A DNA stretch of 64,000 nt. It comes from Candidatus Thorarchaeota archaeon (GTDB lineage: Archaea; Asgardarchaeota; Thorarchaeia; Thorarchaeales; Thorarchaeaceae). Position 1 is the stretch's first letter. Each line of letters begins with the position of its first letter. A program made the position numbers and the translations under genes. The notes beneath the pieces were generated by a model, which worked only from the letters and a program-made list of their open reading frames with translations, did not search any database and was not told the origin of the DNA. The DNA lies in contig CP070761.1 in assembly GCA_020348985.1 (NCBI GenBank), positions 3,093,243-3,157,242 on the forward strand, given 5' to 3'. Of the stretch, positions 20,117 through 29,361 are shown in pieces.

Positions 20117-20980
20117 TCAGGTACGGCCGTATAGGCGGCCTGATTCTTCTTCCGTCATCTCGAAACTGTGAGTCTCATCCGGAAAGACGCCAGCTCTTAC
20201 TTCTTCTGAGTATGCCTTCACTGCCTCAGAGATCACTGATCGAATGTCTGCATACTTCTTCAAGAACTTCGGCTTGAAATCCTCGAAGAGACCCAGCATA
20301 TCCCAGAGAACAAGGACCTGACCGTCGCAATATGGACCTGCGCCTATTCCGATAGTAGGAATTCCTACTGACTCAGTGATCAGTTTGGCAGTCTCTGTTG
20401 GCACGAGCTCGATGACCATTGAGAAGGCTCCAGCCTCTTCGATTCTCTTCGCTTGCTCAACAAGGACCTCGGCACCATCTGCCGTCCGTCCTTGAACTCT
20501 ATATCCGCCTAGTTCGTAGATTGACTGTGGGGTCAGTCCGATGTGGCCCATAACAGGTATGCCAGCATCCACTACAGCAGCGATTTTGTCAACAACATCT
20601 CCGCCGCCCTCAATTTTCACAGCCTCAGCCCCTCCCTCTTGGAGCATCCTACCGCAGTTCTCTAGAGCTTGGGTCTCGCTCACCTTGTAGGACATGAAGG
20701 GCATGTCACCAACAATCAGACTGTTGGGGCGAGCACGAGAGACCGCCTTGCAGTGATGAATCACATCATCTAGTGTAACAGGAATTGTACTCTCGTAGCC
20801 CAGTAGTGTATTTCCGACCGAATCGCCCACAAGGATGAGGTCTACGCCGCAGTCGCTTAGAATTCTGGCAGTAGGAGCGTCATATGCTGTTAGCATCACG
20901 ATCTTCTTGCCCTTCTTCTTTTTTCCCCGGATTCTATAAGTAGTGACTCTGGCCATTATCGTTTCACTTCCCAGGTCCAT
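20117..20980 (-). CDS. panB: 3-methyl-2-oxobutanoate hydroxymethyltransferase
   Basis: MLTAYD, LVGDS, GDMPFMSY, VKIEGG, GHIGLTPQS, IGIGAG..CDGQVLV. Confidence 0.97.
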   Translation of the reverse strand: MDLGSETIMARVTTYRIRGKKKKGKKIVMLTAYDAPTARILSDCGVDLILVGDSVGNTLLGYESTIPVTLDDVIHHCKAVSRARPNSLIVGDMPFMSYKVSETQALENCGRMLQEGGAEAVKIEGGGDVVDKIAAVVDAGIPVMGHIGLTPQSIYELGGYRVQGRTADGAEVLVEQAKRIEEAGAFSMVIELVPTETAKLITESVGIPTIGIGAGPYCDGQVLVLWDMLGLFEDFKPKFLKKYADIRSVISEAVKAYSEEVRAGVFPDETHSFEMTEEESGRLYGRT

Positions 20981-21014
20981 GTCGGACCATCATATATAGA
21001 GTTCCCATCAGACA

Positions 21015-21947
21015 ATGGTATGTCTGGGTATGGTATATATTTCCCATAGGAATCAAGGCATTGAGATGCGTGTAAGCCTAGGTTTAGATGCGTTAGTTTT
21101 ACCGGCATTTTGGGAGTGTGTCTTGGTGAAACCGAAAGTCGCAGTTGTGGATGCGGATTCCTTCGGTGAAGCAGTAGACCTGATAGGCGGTTTAAGCGAT
21201 CTGAACAATCAGGATAGAGATGTCATCGTGAAGGTCGGAATCTACAATGTTACTACAGGAATCTGTTCAACAGTGAAGACTGTCAACTCAATTGTAGAAT
21301 CTTTTGACGAGGTGCCAGCCATTCGCATAGCAGAGTCTGACAGTGGTGCAGGTCCGGGACTAGAGCGGTTGAAGTTATGGAATGAATGCTTCAACAGCAG
21401 GGTCACTCCATTCAATCTGTCAGATGATGAAACCAGGGAAGTCAGAGTTGCCGGGGAGACTGTTCCTTTTTCCAGTACTCTGCTCGGGCCAAAGACATTC
21501 ATCAGCACACACGTACCAAGAAGGTATGAAGAGGCTGGACTCGAGGATCTCATGAACCTTGGATCTATAATCAAAAACCTCCTGGGTCTTGTTCTCGACA
21601 CGAAGAAGCACAGATTTCACGAAGAGCTTCCAAATGCTCTGCTAGATATGTATGAAGCTTCAGGAGGCATAGACCTCGCAGTACTAGACGGAACCAAGGT
21701 CTACTTGGGCAAGAAGAAGGAGCGAGCCATTGCATCTCCAAATGTGTTAGTTGTGGGAAGGGATGCATTTGCTGTAGAAGCAGTAGGAATGCACCTTGTG
21801 GGGTTTGACCCTCTCGAAAACCCCGTACTTCTAGAAGCCAGAAGAAGAGGCTTGGGTGAAATCGATGTTGAGAATGTCGACATTATTGGTGACATCGAGA
21901 CCCCACGAAGTCTGGTTCTTGAGGCCTTCAAAGACCTGTCTTCCTGA
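21015..21947 (+). CDS. DUF362 family protein (start probably ~21126)
   Basis: VIVK, IAESDS, IKNLLG..KKHRFH, LAVLDG, DAFAVEAV..G.DP..P.L.EA..GLGE. Confidence 0.8.
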   Translation: MVCLGMVYISHRNQGIEMRVSLGLDALVLPAFWECVLVKPKVAVVDADSFGEAVDLIGGLSDLNNQDRDVIVKVGIYNVTTGICSTVKTVNSIVESFDEVPAIRIAESDSGAGPGLERLKLWNECFNSRVTPFNLSDDETREVRVAGETVPFSSTLLGPKTFISTHVPRRYEEAGLEDLMNLGSIIKNLLGLVLDTKKHRFHEELPNALLDMYEASGGIDLAVLDGTKVYLGKKKERAIASPNVLVVGRDAFAVEAVGMHLVGFDPLENPVLLEARRRGLGEIDVENVDIIGDIETPRSLVLEAFKDLSS

Positions 21948-21956
21948 AGTAAATTA

Positions 21957-23957
21957 TCAGGTGACAGATTCCTTTCTTACAACATATACGTCAGACCTAG
22001 GAACATACGCACCTTTCAGGTATCGTCTGAGAAGAGACAACGTCGCGTTTCTTCGAAGCCCTCGTTCTCGTGCAAAGGAAGTCACTCGGATCACTCGTTC
22101 TTCTTGTGCGTAATCGCGCAGGCCTTCAACCCATATCCCGTCTACAATCACGCCAGCTTCTTCGACCACGAACTCGTTGTCTCCGACATGTGGTTGAATC
22201 ACACCAAGAACTTCTTCAGGAACTAGGGCGAGTCCCCTTGCCGTCGCATCGAAATCGAAGACACCTTTCTTCGTAAGCGTCTGCTTCATTAGTTGAACCA
22301 TGACTCGAGGTGCAACAAGCTTCCCTCTCGCAGACTTCAACGCATCAAGATGCATTCGGTCAACAAGTCGTTCCAGATCTGCAACGTCCAGACCTCGTTC
22401 TTCAGCTATCTGCGGTGGGTCAAGAACCCCTTTCTTGGCGAAGATGGCACGCATTTCCTGCTCAATCTTCTGCGCTGGTATTAGCGCGCCTTCGCCATCA
22501 ATGAAAGCGTCTACTTGAACCTGCGACAGAATGGCTTCTGCAACGCGAACTTCAATTTCGAACTCCTTTGCTAGAGTCCCCGGATCAACTAGCTCACCCT
22601 TGGCGACTTGGCTTTCAATTCGCTTCCTTATCCAAGTTAATGAGAGATGATCCCCTGAAGGAGTAGCCACTGTCTTTAGGCCGAAACGTTCAAGCAGCAT
22701 ACGAAGTTGTATGCCAGCAAGACTCCAAGTCTCCTCAACCTCGTTTGCTCTGATGAATCCTGATTCCTTTATCGAGTCAAGGAGCCATCTCCTGAACTCT
22801 TGTAGTGATATGTATCTGCCATCAGACCCCTTCCTCAGTCCTGGAATCTGACCGATCAGCTGCTTGATTAGTGTTGCACTGACGCCGAGAGCTTTTGCAG
22901 TCTCGTCTGCTATGACCATCCCACTCAGTGCAAGGTCTTCTTTGATCCTGTCAGTTAGATATGTCAGCAGCACAACAGAGCCATAATCTGTTCGGACAAA
23001 CTGATGCCCCGCTTTTCGGATATGGCGGAGAATCTCTGATTCGCCAACGTGCAGCCGTTCTGTCTCCTTGTCGAGCTCCAGAATTCCTTCCGCCATTATC
23101 TTCTCTATTATGTCCCCCTCAAGAAGATGTGCAGGCACCAAACGGCCATCAGTTGTCTCAATCATCTTCCAACCAAATCGACGAATCGAATTGTGAATAT
23201 CTCGGGAATCTAGGTCCAGTCGAGTCGCAAGTGACTCAGGCGCGAGAAACCCTTCCTGCTCAATTCCCTTCTCAAGAGCCCTCTGCAACCAATTGTAAGA
23301 AACAAGTTGACCTAGTCTTGTCTCGACTAGGTTCCAGCCCCAAGTCATAACGAGGCGAACCAATTCATCTCTCTTTACCCTTATCCTTTGTGACTCCGAA
23401 GTAACATCAATCCGTCCATGTAGTTCAAGGAATTCTTTGAGACGATCCTTTAGTTCAGGAACAAGAATGAAATCTCCGTCTTCGGTTCTTACAACATCAA
23501 GCCCCTCGCTCCTGCAGACAGCTTCGACAATCTCTACAATCTCGGATTCGGTTAAATCCCATCTACTTGATTCACCAGAAACATGAACTGAGCCACTTTC
23601 CATTAGTTGAGAACGAAGACGATCTGTGAGCAATGGCGCTGAAATCACAGTGCTACCAGAGTAGCTCAGAATTGCATTCCTGCTTGCTTTGATAACGCTC
23701 TTCATAGCTGACATATCGAGGCCTTTCTTGTGCAGTGTCCTTGAAAGTACCTCAATTGATATAGAAGGTTGGATTACGAGAATTCTGTCGAGATGTTCGA
23801 TCTGCAGCCTCCTAACTCTGGAAGTCCAAGCATAGAGACCGGCTCCGATGCCCCCTAGAATCAGGAGTGCAGTCAGCATTCCCCAGAAGGGGTCCGCTAG
23901 GAACTCGAATTGAAGTAGCGCACTCTTTACTGCGCTACTAGAGAGTGATTCGTTCAC
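21957..23957 (-). CDS. Membrane-anchored tandem winged-helix repeat protein (UFL1/DDRGK1-like)
   Basis: One N-terminal TM helix, then ~11 repeats of ~55 aa (L...G.hxhxxhA..hxh....h..hh...G..hh.T.DG.hh); overlaps the ATPase stop by 20 bp. Confidence 0.7.
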   Translation of the reverse strand: MNESLSSSAVKSALLQFEFLADPFWGMLTALLILGGIGAGLYAWTSRVRRLQIEHLDRILVIQPSISIEVLSRTLHKKGLDMSAMKSVIKASRNAILSYSGSTVISAPLLTDRLRSQLMESGSVHVSGESSRWDLTESEIVEIVEAVCRSEGLDVVRTEDGDFILVPELKDRLKEFLELHGRIDVTSESQRIRVKRDELVRLVMTWGWNLVETRLGQLVSYNWLQRALEKGIEQEGFLAPESLATRLDLDSRDIHNSIRRFGWKMIETTDGRLVPAHLLEGDIIEKIMAEGILELDKETERLHVGESEILRHIRKAGHQFVRTDYGSVVLLTYLTDRIKEDLALSGMVIADETAKALGVSATLIKQLIGQIPGLRKGSDGRYISLQEFRRWLLDSIKESGFIRANEVEETWSLAGIQLRMLLERFGLKTVATPSGDHLSLTWIRKRIESQVAKGELVDPGTLAKEFEIEVRVAEAILSQVQVDAFIDGEGALIPAQKIEQEMRAIFAKKGVLDPPQIAEERGLDVADLERLVDRMHLDALKSARGKLVAPRVMVQLMKQTLTKKGVFDFDATARGLALVPEEVLGVIQPHVGDNEFVVEEAGVIVDGIWVEGLRDYAQEERVIRVTSFARERGLRRNATLSLLRRYLKGAYVPRSDVYVVRKESVT

Positions 23958-26877
23958 TTCTCAGCCTCTTCTTGTAGATCTCCATCCCAACTATTGCAGG
24001 CAATGAAAGCACGATACATACAATCCAATCGAACAACGTCAAAGGTATGAAGTAGAAGTGAAGGCCATACGTTGACAGGATTTCTGGGACCAGTGGGTGA
24101 TACATAAGGAGGAAGTGAGCCAGATATATCAGACCCAAGAAGGGTACAAATCTACCGGTGCCAGGTTCACGCAGACTGGATGTTATTGGCATGTTGATTC
24201 TTCTGATGATCAGCACAAGAGTGCTCTCGACAAGAAGAATCACTGTCAAAAGCATCACTGCAGCCTTTGCTTCATAGACCGTTCTTCCTGCCTCAAATGG
24301 CTCTACTACTGGATAGAATCCTTCGAGATTCTCAGGATAGATGCCGACAATTCCGAACCAGCCAGTATAGGTTAGGAGGTAAGCCATACCGGCTCCAAGT
24401 GCCATTAGAATGACGTTTATGGCCATGAAACGAGCCATCTGCTTAGTGATTATTTCTTCACTATCGCGGGGTTTCTCTTTCATTGCCCCAGGTGATGTTT
24501 TGTCGAAGACAAGTGCCAATCCAGGGAACGAGTGCGTTGTGACTACTAAATAGAGTGCTTGCCAAGTTGTTAGAAGATTGATGACTTCGGGAAGAATGAA
24601 CATGGCCCCGAAGAATATGATGCTCTCGAATAGGTTGATGGCTACGTAGAAGTAGATCATCATTCGAATCTTGGTGAAAAGACCACGACCCTGGTGGACT
24701 CCGGTCACAATAGACGCAAAACTGTCATCAGTAATGACGAGGTCCGCGGCCTCTTTGGCAACATCGGTACCTGTTATTCCCATCGCGATTCCAGCATCAC
24801 TCATCGCCAAGGCAAGCGCGTCATTAACCCCGTCCCCGGTCATTGCAACTACTTTCTTCTGATTCTGATATCTTTCGACGATGACCTGTTTGTGTGCGGG
24901 ATTAACTCTTGCGAACACGTTGACCTTCGCAAACTCGTGCTCTGTTAGCGTCTCTATCTGGCCTCCTTCGACTACTAGCGAACCGGGTTCGTGGATTCCA
25001 AGATTCTCAGCGATTGTCTTCGCAGTGGCTGAAGAGTCGCCAGTGATCATCACGACATTGATTCCTGCACTGTGACAGGCACTCACTGCTTCTTTGACTC
25101 CTTCGCGTGGAGGATCGACAATGCATACAAAGCCCAAGTAGATTAGATCCTTCTCCACCTTGTCCCTTATGTTCGCCCCAGATGGTATCTCATCTAGGCG
25201 TTGATAGGCAAAAGAGATGACGCGGTACCCTCGTGCAGCAAATCCGTTTACCTGTGCTTGAATTCGTTTGGCGTCGTTTTCGTCCATTGCGGAAGGTCTC
25301 CTGCCTCCATTCATCAAAGCACAGCGGGGCAAGAGGACTTCAGTTGCACCCTTGGTAAACACCACAAGTTTCTTACCGTCTTTGCATACCTTTGACATTC
25401 GTTTGAGTTCGGATTCGAATGGAAACTCCTTCTCGATCTTGTACTTCTCTCGAAGCTCCTCTTCATTTACACCACTCTTCCTAAATAGGGTAAGAAGAGC
25501 GGCATCTGTTGGATCACCAATCGGAATCCAATTCACGCCTTGATCCGGGATCTCTCTTCGCTCAATCTCCGAATCGTTGTTGATGCCCCCATTGGCTATT
25601 ATGCGATGAAGTCCCTTCCATCCAAGAACATCGGTCACTTTGACTGCTTCGCTTGGTTTGAAGAGATCCAAGGAAGAGTCGTCTGGAAGACGAAGAATCT
25701 CCCCTATGGGCTCGTACCCTTCACCTGTAACATGATAGAGGTTCTCAGTATCCCAGATGAACTTCACCATCATCTGATTCTTGGTCATCGTCCCAGTCTT
25801 GTCTGATGCAATGACGCTGACCCGACCCAGGCTCTCGACTGCTGATAGATCACGAATAATGACTCCTTTCCTTGCCATTGCTAGGACACCAGTTAGAAGC
25901 ACAATAGTCGTTAGCAAGGGTATGTTGATTGGCATGATAGTCATTGCTTTCGTTATACCTATGCTCAGAGTCTCAGCAATTATATTGATTCCGAGATCTA
26001 TCGGATTGCCAAAGAGAAACGGAACACCGAAGACCGGCCACAAGACAGAGAGAATCATTAGGAATACTGCTGCTGTGGCGAGATACTTTGCAAGAAGATT
26101 CACCTTCTTCCGCAACGGGATGTCGCCCGTGTTCAGTTGCTCCAGTTCTCCCTGAATCTTTCCAATCTCCGTGCGTCCACCCGTCTCCGTGGTGACGAAA
26201 GTCGCTGTGCCTGTTGCAACATACGTTCCAAAGAATACGATGTTAAACATGTCTGTGAGTGGAATATCCCGTTTGAGTACAGGATCACTCTCCTTGTTTA
26301 CTGGTATGCTTTCACCGGTCAATGATGCCTCGTTGGTAGTCAGATTTGTACATGTGATAATTCTACCATCTGCTGGTATTCTGTCCCCTTGTTCTAGTTT
26401 GACTATATCTCCAGGGACTATTTCGTCAGGAGGTATGGCCGCCTCGCTTCCGTTGCGAATAACACGTGCCTCACCCGCAGAGAGTTTCTCCAGGGCCTCA
26501 AGCTTCTTCTGTGCCCTATATTGCTGAAAGATTGCCACAAGAGCATTGATGAGCACAACACCCAACCAAATAGTTGCTTGTGCTAGCTCATTGTTGGCAG
26601 TTGGAAACATGTATGCGAGTCCGACCAATGCAAAAGAGCTGACCAGGTATATCGTAATGAGCCAATTCATTATAGGTGCCAAATACACCTGCCAGAATGT
26701 ACCCTTGATCTTTGGAATTGTGTTTGGCCCGTATTTGCTGGTTCGAGAGGAGACATCACTGCTAGATAGGCCGTTCTCGGCGCTAGCTGAGAAGACCTGA
26801 AGGACCTCTTCAATAGACATGGCTTGATACTGACTCTCAGCAGATTCTGATTCAGTGATGGCGTCGCTTTCAGACAA
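23938..26877 (-). CDS. P-type ATPase, P2A-like scaffold with atypical transport site
   Basis: TGES, DKTGT, KGA, DPPR, MITGD, TGDGVNDA present; TM4 PINIP and TM6 VVTTHSFP deviate from Ca2+ pumps. Confidence 0.93.
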   Translation of the reverse strand: MSESDAITESESAESQYQAMSIEEVLQVFSASAENGLSSSDVSSRTSKYGPNTIPKIKGTFWQVYLAPIMNWLITIYLVSSFALVGLAYMFPTANNELAQATIWLGVVLINALVAIFQQYRAQKKLEALEKLSAGEARVIRNGSEAAIPPDEIVPGDIVKLEQGDRIPADGRIITCTNLTTNEASLTGESIPVNKESDPVLKRDIPLTDMFNIVFFGTYVATGTATFVTTETGGRTEIGKIQGELEQLNTGDIPLRKKVNLLAKYLATAAVFLMILSVLWPVFGVPFLFGNPIDLGINIIAETLSIGITKAMTIMPINIPLLTTIVLLTGVLAMARKGVIIRDLSAVESLGRVSVIASDKTGTMTKNQMMVKFIWDTENLYHVTGEGYEPIGEILRLPDDSSLDLFKPSEAVKVTDVLGWKGLHRIIANGGINNDSEIERREIPDQGVNWIPIGDPTDAALLTLFRKSGVNEEELREKYKIEKEFPFESELKRMSKVCKDGKKLVVFTKGATEVLLPRCALMNGGRRPSAMDENDAKRIQAQVNGFAARGYRVISFAYQRLDEIPSGANIRDKVEKDLIYLGFVCIVDPPREGVKEAVSACHSAGINVVMITGDSSATAKTIAENLGIHEPGSLVVEGGQIETLTEHEFAKVNVFARVNPAHKQVIVERYQNQKKVVAMTGDGVNDALALAMSDAGIAMGITGTDVAKEAADLVITDDSFASIVTGVHQGRGLFTKIRMMIYFYVAINLFESIIFFGAMFILPEVINLLTTWQALYLVVTTHSFPGLALVFDKTSPGAMKEKPRDSEEIITKQMARFMAINVILMALGAGMAYLLTYTGWFGIVGIYPENLEGFYPVVEPFEAGRTVYEAKAAVMLLTVILLVESTLVLIIRRINMPITSSLREPGTGRFVPFLGLIYLAHFLLMYHPLVPEILSTYGLHFYFIPLTLFDWIVCIVLSLPAIVGMEIYKKRLRSERITL

Positions 26878-26984
26878 GATCCTTCCCTCGTCTTCTAGTG
26901 GTCTGCTTCAGTCTCCTCACAGATAAATGGTCTCGTTACAAACCCATCTGATAGAGAGTACGTTCGAATTGCCCTGCGGGCCTT

Positions 26985-29069
26985 TTGAAAGTTTTCAGCA
27001 CAAAGGAGGTGGACCGAAAGGTCTCAAATGCATCGGTCGATAGGTTCATCTTAGTCAAAAATGAGAGCTTATTGCCGCGCGCGGTACAACACAATCTGGT
27101 GCAGACAATGTCGTACTACTGGGAATATCAGCCGACACAAAGCAAGCCCCCGTCGTCTAGCATCAGAATCATCGGCGTCATTGTGATTCTGATGTTGATA
27201 GTCGCCACAGGTCTGGTCATGCTAATCCCTGATTTTCGCGGGGGTGCTCAACCTGGCGAAGAAGTACGAGTTGCTGTTGTAGATTCAGGTGTCAACTCAG
27301 ACTTTGCCCTTATAGGACGAATCGTGGCTGAAAGGAGCTTTGTGTCAAGGGAGAATGGGTATGACTTCAATGAACCATCTCCGACTGACAGTGATCCCGA
27401 GGACGTCTCTCATGGAACTGTTGTGGCAACCACGATAGTGCAGAACAGTAACAACGCCATGATTGTGAACGCAAAGGTCCTGGATTCATCAGGTTTTGCT
27501 ACAACTCTTGGAATAATCGCTGCCATCGAGTGGGCAGTCGAACAGAATTGCAGTGTCATCAACTTGAGCCTTGGAGGAGCCCCCACCTATGGAGACCCTC
27601 TTGAGGACAGTGTGGAATGGGCGTTCTCAAAAGGTGTTGTAGTTGTGGCTGCAGCTGGCAATGACGGTCAAAACGGAGTGTCTGGAACATCAATTCATTC
27701 TCCCAGCGTCCATCAGCACGCACTGAGTGTCGGCGGGTTAGATGAGCAAGGGGCTCCGGCATACTATACGAGTATGGGCCCAACTCGATCCCGAAGCTTG
27801 AAACCAGACATTAGCGCCCAAGGATTCACTCAGACAACAACGGCAATCTACTACGGCACAAGTTTCGCGTCCCCGAAGGTCGCCGCCGCCGCAGTTGAGC
27901 TGATTGTCTTCTGTAAACAGAACGAGATTATGTACTCTCCAGGTTCTATAATGACAGCACTGCTTGCAGGTGCTACGCCCCTTCCATATTCATCCTATCT
28001 CGTTGGAGCTGGGAGACTTGACCTCCAAGCCTCCAAGTTGATCATGCTACAAAACTCAGTTGATGGAGGGCTGCCCCAGATCACTTTTGCACTCCCGGGA
28101 ACGCTTCCATTTGATTTTGAGAGACTTTTCTATGGAGACTCTTACCAATTCAACATCCATTTGCTGACGTCAGGGTTCACAGAGTACGATATTGAGGTGA
28201 CGAGCGCGACTCCCGAGATTTTCGAAATCCAGGCAAGTGTTACTCTGAATCAAAGCGACTTCGTTCCTTTGACCCTCAACATCCCCGCCGATGGTTTGTC
28301 CATTGTACAGGGACAGATTGATTTCGTGTCCCAAGATTATGGGAACTCAAGTGTCGAGTTTGAAGCTCAGATACACCACTCAAATGCCAGGGTTGCATTC
28401 GACATAAGCCATACCGGGTGGTCAATCGACTCATCCTATGGTCAATTCAGAGCGTTCTATGAGCTCCTTGTCGAGAACGATATATCGGTTAACGAGATTC
28501 GTGAAGGCACTGACATCACATCAGGCTTCCTTGACGAGTTTGATGCCGTCTTCATTCTGGACCCATGTGCTTGGAATCTAGATGAATCAAACCCTGCAAA
28601 CGTTTCTGAGTTCTCGATTCCGTTTAGTCCTGAAGAAACTCAAGCTTACAAGGATTACTTTGAAAATGGCGGAGGCATTCTTGTCGCCGGTCTTTCGAAC
28701 AACACGCTTGATATCCGATCCCTCAATACGTTCCTCAATTGGACCGGATTCGAGTTCGGTTTCAGTAGCATTTCTAATCAGGGAGACACAGTGGAAGTGA
28801 CCAATATTACCGCACATGCGGTGACAGTCGGAGTAGATAGCTTCGACTTTTCTGGCGCACCAATAACCGAGTTAGGCAATGGTACAGCGCTCGCTTTCTA
28901 CAATGGTAGACCAGTACTTGGAAGTCTTGAAGGAAGTCAGGGCGGCAGGATGATTGCAACAGGCACGAACTTCTTCCTCGACAATTGGGGATTGAATGGC
29001 ATGTACGATTCAGACGACAATGACAATCTTACCGTCAGGATTGCCCTCTGGTTGTCTGGACTGCTCTAG
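26985..29069 (+). CDS. Membrane-anchored S8 subtilase with C-terminal GATase/GIFT-like domain (Site-1 protease-like); start probably ATG 27108
   Basis: VAVVDSG, SHGT, AAGNDG, GTSFASP triad and oxyanion motifs; N-terminal TM; RVAFDISH..FYELL..FSPEE..YFENGGGIL C-terminal domain. Confidence 0.88.
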   Translation: MKVFSTKEVDRKVSNASVDRFILVKNESLLPRAVQHNLVQTMSYYWEYQPTQSKPPSSSIRIIGVIVILMLIVATGLVMLIPDFRGGAQPGEEVRVAVVDSGVNSDFALIGRIVAERSFVSRENGYDFNEPSPTDSDPEDVSHGTVVATTIVQNSNNAMIVNAKVLDSSGFATTLGIIAAIEWAVEQNCSVINLSLGGAPTYGDPLEDSVEWAFSKGVVVVAAAGNDGQNGVSGTSIHSPSVHQHALSVGGLDEQGAPAYYTSMGPTRSRSLKPDISAQGFTQTTTAIYYGTSFASPKVAAAAVELIVFCKQNEIMYSPGSIMTALLAGATPLPYSSYLVGAGRLDLQASKLIMLQNSVDGGLPQITFALPGTLPFDFERLFYGDSYQFNIHLLTSGFTEYDIEVTSATPEIFEIQASVTLNQSDFVPLTLNIPADGLSIVQGQIDFVSQDYGNSSVEFEAQIHHSNARVAFDISHTGWSIDSSYGQFRAFYELLVENDISVNEIREGTDITSGFLDEFDAVFILDPCAWNLDESNPANVSEFSIPFSPEETQAYKDYFENGGGILVAGLSNNTLDIRSLNTFLNWTGFEFGFSSISNQGDTVEVTNITAHAVTVGVDSFDFSGAPITELGNGTALAFYNGRPVLGSLEGSQGGRMIATGTNFFLDNWGLNGMYDSDDNDNLTVRIALWLSGLL

Positions 29070-29187
29070 ATGGCCAGAAATGAGCTCTTCCACAAATTGA
29101 GCACGAAGTGTATCTGGAAGCACCTAGGTTGCGTGTTCTCGGACCTTTAAAAGGGAAGAGTGGTATGTCTTCTTACCAAAAAATACC

Positions 29188-29258
29188 GAGTCGAATTCGG
29201 ATGTGCTGATGACTTGAGCTTATACTCGGGTCATCGGCTACCCGAAACTCCTTTTTTT
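29188..29258 (+). ncRNA. Candidate small structured RNA or strong terminator
   Basis: 14-bp stem GCTGATGACTTGAG/CTCGGGTCATCGGC extended by TTCGG/CCGAA, followed by a T7 tract; TTTAAAA at ~29146. Confidence 0.4.
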
Positions 29259-29361
29259 CCGATTGCTGACGTTTGAGGTTATCTTGTATAGCGAGTATTC
29301 AGATTGTCTTCCTCACAGCACATAGTACAGCTGTGCACCATCAGTACACTTAACAAAGGGA

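Noticed and set aside
23938-26877. Annotation as a standard Ca2+-ATPase
   Set aside because: Site II ligands (E309, N796, D800 equivalents) are absent
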